From contig JADKDL010000049.1 of NCBI GenBank assembly GCA_016714605.1, forward strand, positions 50,288 to 114,287: a stretch of 64,000 bases of DNA. The letters run 5' to 3'. The notes under the pieces were generated by a model. It saw nothing but the letters and a program-made list of their open reading frames with translations. It did not search any database and was not told where the DNA came from. Origin of the DNA: Bacteroidales bacterium. GTDB taxonomy: Bacteria; Bacteroidota; Bacteroidia; Bacteroidales; UBA1715. Within the stretch, counting starts at the first letter, position 1, and each line of letters begins with the position of its first letter. The translations under genes and the position numbers were made by a program. Shown piece after piece: positions 62,592-64,000 of the stretch.

Positions 62592-64000
62592 ATGGTTCAT
62601 TTTTCTCCAAAACATTATATAAGCATCTTATTATGTATATTTCTTTTTGCTAATTACTCATATTCGCAAGATCCAAACTTATACATATTTCTGTGTTTTG
62701 GGCAATCAAACATGTCAGGACAAGGAGTATATACCGATGCTGATAAAATTGTAGATGATCGCTTTTTAGTACTCCGAGCTGCTAATCATTCGGGGCAGAC
62801 CGTTGGGGAATTCTATCCTGCTGCACCACCCTTAGGGCATAGTGGTTCTAAGATGGGCCCAGCCGACTTCTTCGGACGCAAAATGGTAGAACTGTTGCCA
62901 TCGGATATTAAAATTGCGGTAACGAATATATCCATTGGCGGTCAGAGTATTAAATTGTTTGACAAGGTCACCTCTGCTGAAGTGATAGCACAAGGTAGAA
63001 ATATAAACGACTGGTGGATACAATATTTAGATCAGTATGGAGGTGATGTCTATAAACGAATTATAGAAATGGGGCAAATAGCCAAACAAAGGGAGTTATA
63101 AAGGGTATTCTCTTTCATCAAGGTGAAGCAGATTATCAATTAACAGACTGGCCTCAACGAGTGAAAAAAGTGTACGACGATATAATTACAGATTTAGGTC
63201 TAAATGCTTCTGAAATACCAATGCTCCTAGGCGAACTCGTATATGCAAATCAAGGTGGTGCTTTAGGTTCTAGAAATGTAGCTGTTGCAGAAGCTGCCAA
63301 ACTTATACCTAATGGTCATCTAATATCGGCAGAGGGTTGCCCTATGCTCACTACAGATGGGCTAAATCTGCATTTTACAAGAGAAGGATATGAGATTCTT
63401 GGTGAAAGATATGCAGACAAAATGTTTTCTTTATTACCAAAGCAGGAAGGTAATCCTACAATTTCTATTGTAGCACCACTGCCAAGCGCATTTCATTCTG
63501 CTCCAGCAGCTATCACAATCACAGCAAACGCTACAGATGCAGATGGAACAATAACTTTGGTAGAATTTTATAATGGAACGCAAAAGTTAGGGGAAACAAA
63601 ATCAGCACCCTACTCTTTTATTTGGAACAATGTAGAAGTCGGACAATATACAATAAAAGCCATAGCTACTGATAATGAAGGTAAAAAAACAACCGCACAA
63701 GCAGAATTAACGGTATCTGTCCCGCAAACTCCTTATGGAGGTGTTGCTCCAAAACTTCCCGGAATTATTCAGTTTGAAAACTTTGATTTAGGCGGACAAA
63801 ATTCTGCATACTTTGATAGTTCACCGGGAAGCAGTGTAACCCCAACTGTTGACTTTCGATCAACCGAAGATGTTGATATAGAAAACTGTACCGATACAAA
63901 TGGTGGATATAATATTGGTTATGCTATAGCCGGAGAATGGTTGGAATATACTGTAGATGTTGAAAAAACAGGAATCTATAATGTAACACTGAGAGTAGCT
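62592..64000 (+). CDS. SASA-type (sialate O-acetylesterase-like, SGNH-related) carbohydrate esterase with an Ig-like domain and CBM6; frame change at the A-run 63084-63086; 3' end cut by the window edge
   Basis: Signal peptide, then FGQSNMSGQG. Frame 2 continues KGVIKGILFHQGEAD...LHFTREGYEILGERYA. Ig-like: ITITANATDADGTITLVEFYNGTQKLGETKSAPYSFIWNNVEVGQYTIKAIATDNEG. CBM6: GIIQFENFDLGGQNSAY...GYAIAGEWLEYTVDVEKTGIYNVTLRVA. The frame is open to nt 64000. Confidence 0.8.

Noticed and set aside
1-64000. Reading the frameshifts as genuine pseudogenes (reductive genome evolution) or as programmed recoding
   Set aside because: Essential genes are hit, the domains on both sides remain intact, and no secondary stops or deletions have accumulated. 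The sites are generic short homopolymers without shared recoding signals. An artefact is the more economical explanation, though only the reads can settle it.
1-64000. CRISPR arrays, tRNA/rRNA genes, IS elements, integrases, prophage blocks
   Set aside because: I scanned the intergenic regions by eye. I found no spaced direct repeats, no cloverleaf-like GC-rich 70-90-nt segments, and no transposase or integrase-like ORFs. The only tandem repeat is the heptamer array.

Overview
Low-GC Bacteroidota chromosomal segment. The family assignment rests on TAnnTTTG promoter motifs, a hybrid two-component regulator (HTCS), a T9SS type B sorting domain, and the conserved DUF6089-uppS-bamA-skp-skp-murI neighbourhood. 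Most of the window is housekeeping: cysK, rpe, guaA, ispE, dnaX, rpsF-rpsR-rplI, ridA, an lptD-like gene, an amidase, mlaD, dnaA, pdxJ, nadK, uppS, bamA, two skp genes, murI, hisG/hisD/hisC and glmM. No rRNA, tRNA, CRISPR array, transposase or integrase was seen. Four things stand out. (1) Nt 1038-9458 looks like one ~8.4-kb giant surface-protein gene: signal peptide, RCC1 beta-propeller, many Ig-like and NCPxPxP modules, and a gliding-motility/T9SS type B C-terminal domain. The ORF track splits it into six pieces. Its distal ~5.8 kb has clearly different base composition and codon usage from the rest of the window, and it is followed by 13 tandem AATTGAG heptamers. (2) A lipoprotein at 11227-12742 fuses a Cache-like sensor domain to a CheD-like (Thr-Cys-His) deamidase-fold domain, an unusual combination. 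(3) A small accessory stretch at 50.2-55.7 kb holds a PIN toxin with an overlapping downstream mini-ORF, DinB, DUF1398 and orphan genes. It is followed by a glycan-utilisation module: GH5-CBM6, HTCS, and SASA-type esterase-Ig-CBM6. (4) At least 17 apparent +/-1 frame changes interrupt 12 genes, including essential ones, mostly next to short homopolymers. I read this as an assembly or basecalling artefact rather than biology, and several ORF-track entries should therefore be merged. All homology statements come from reading the translations by eye; no database search was run.
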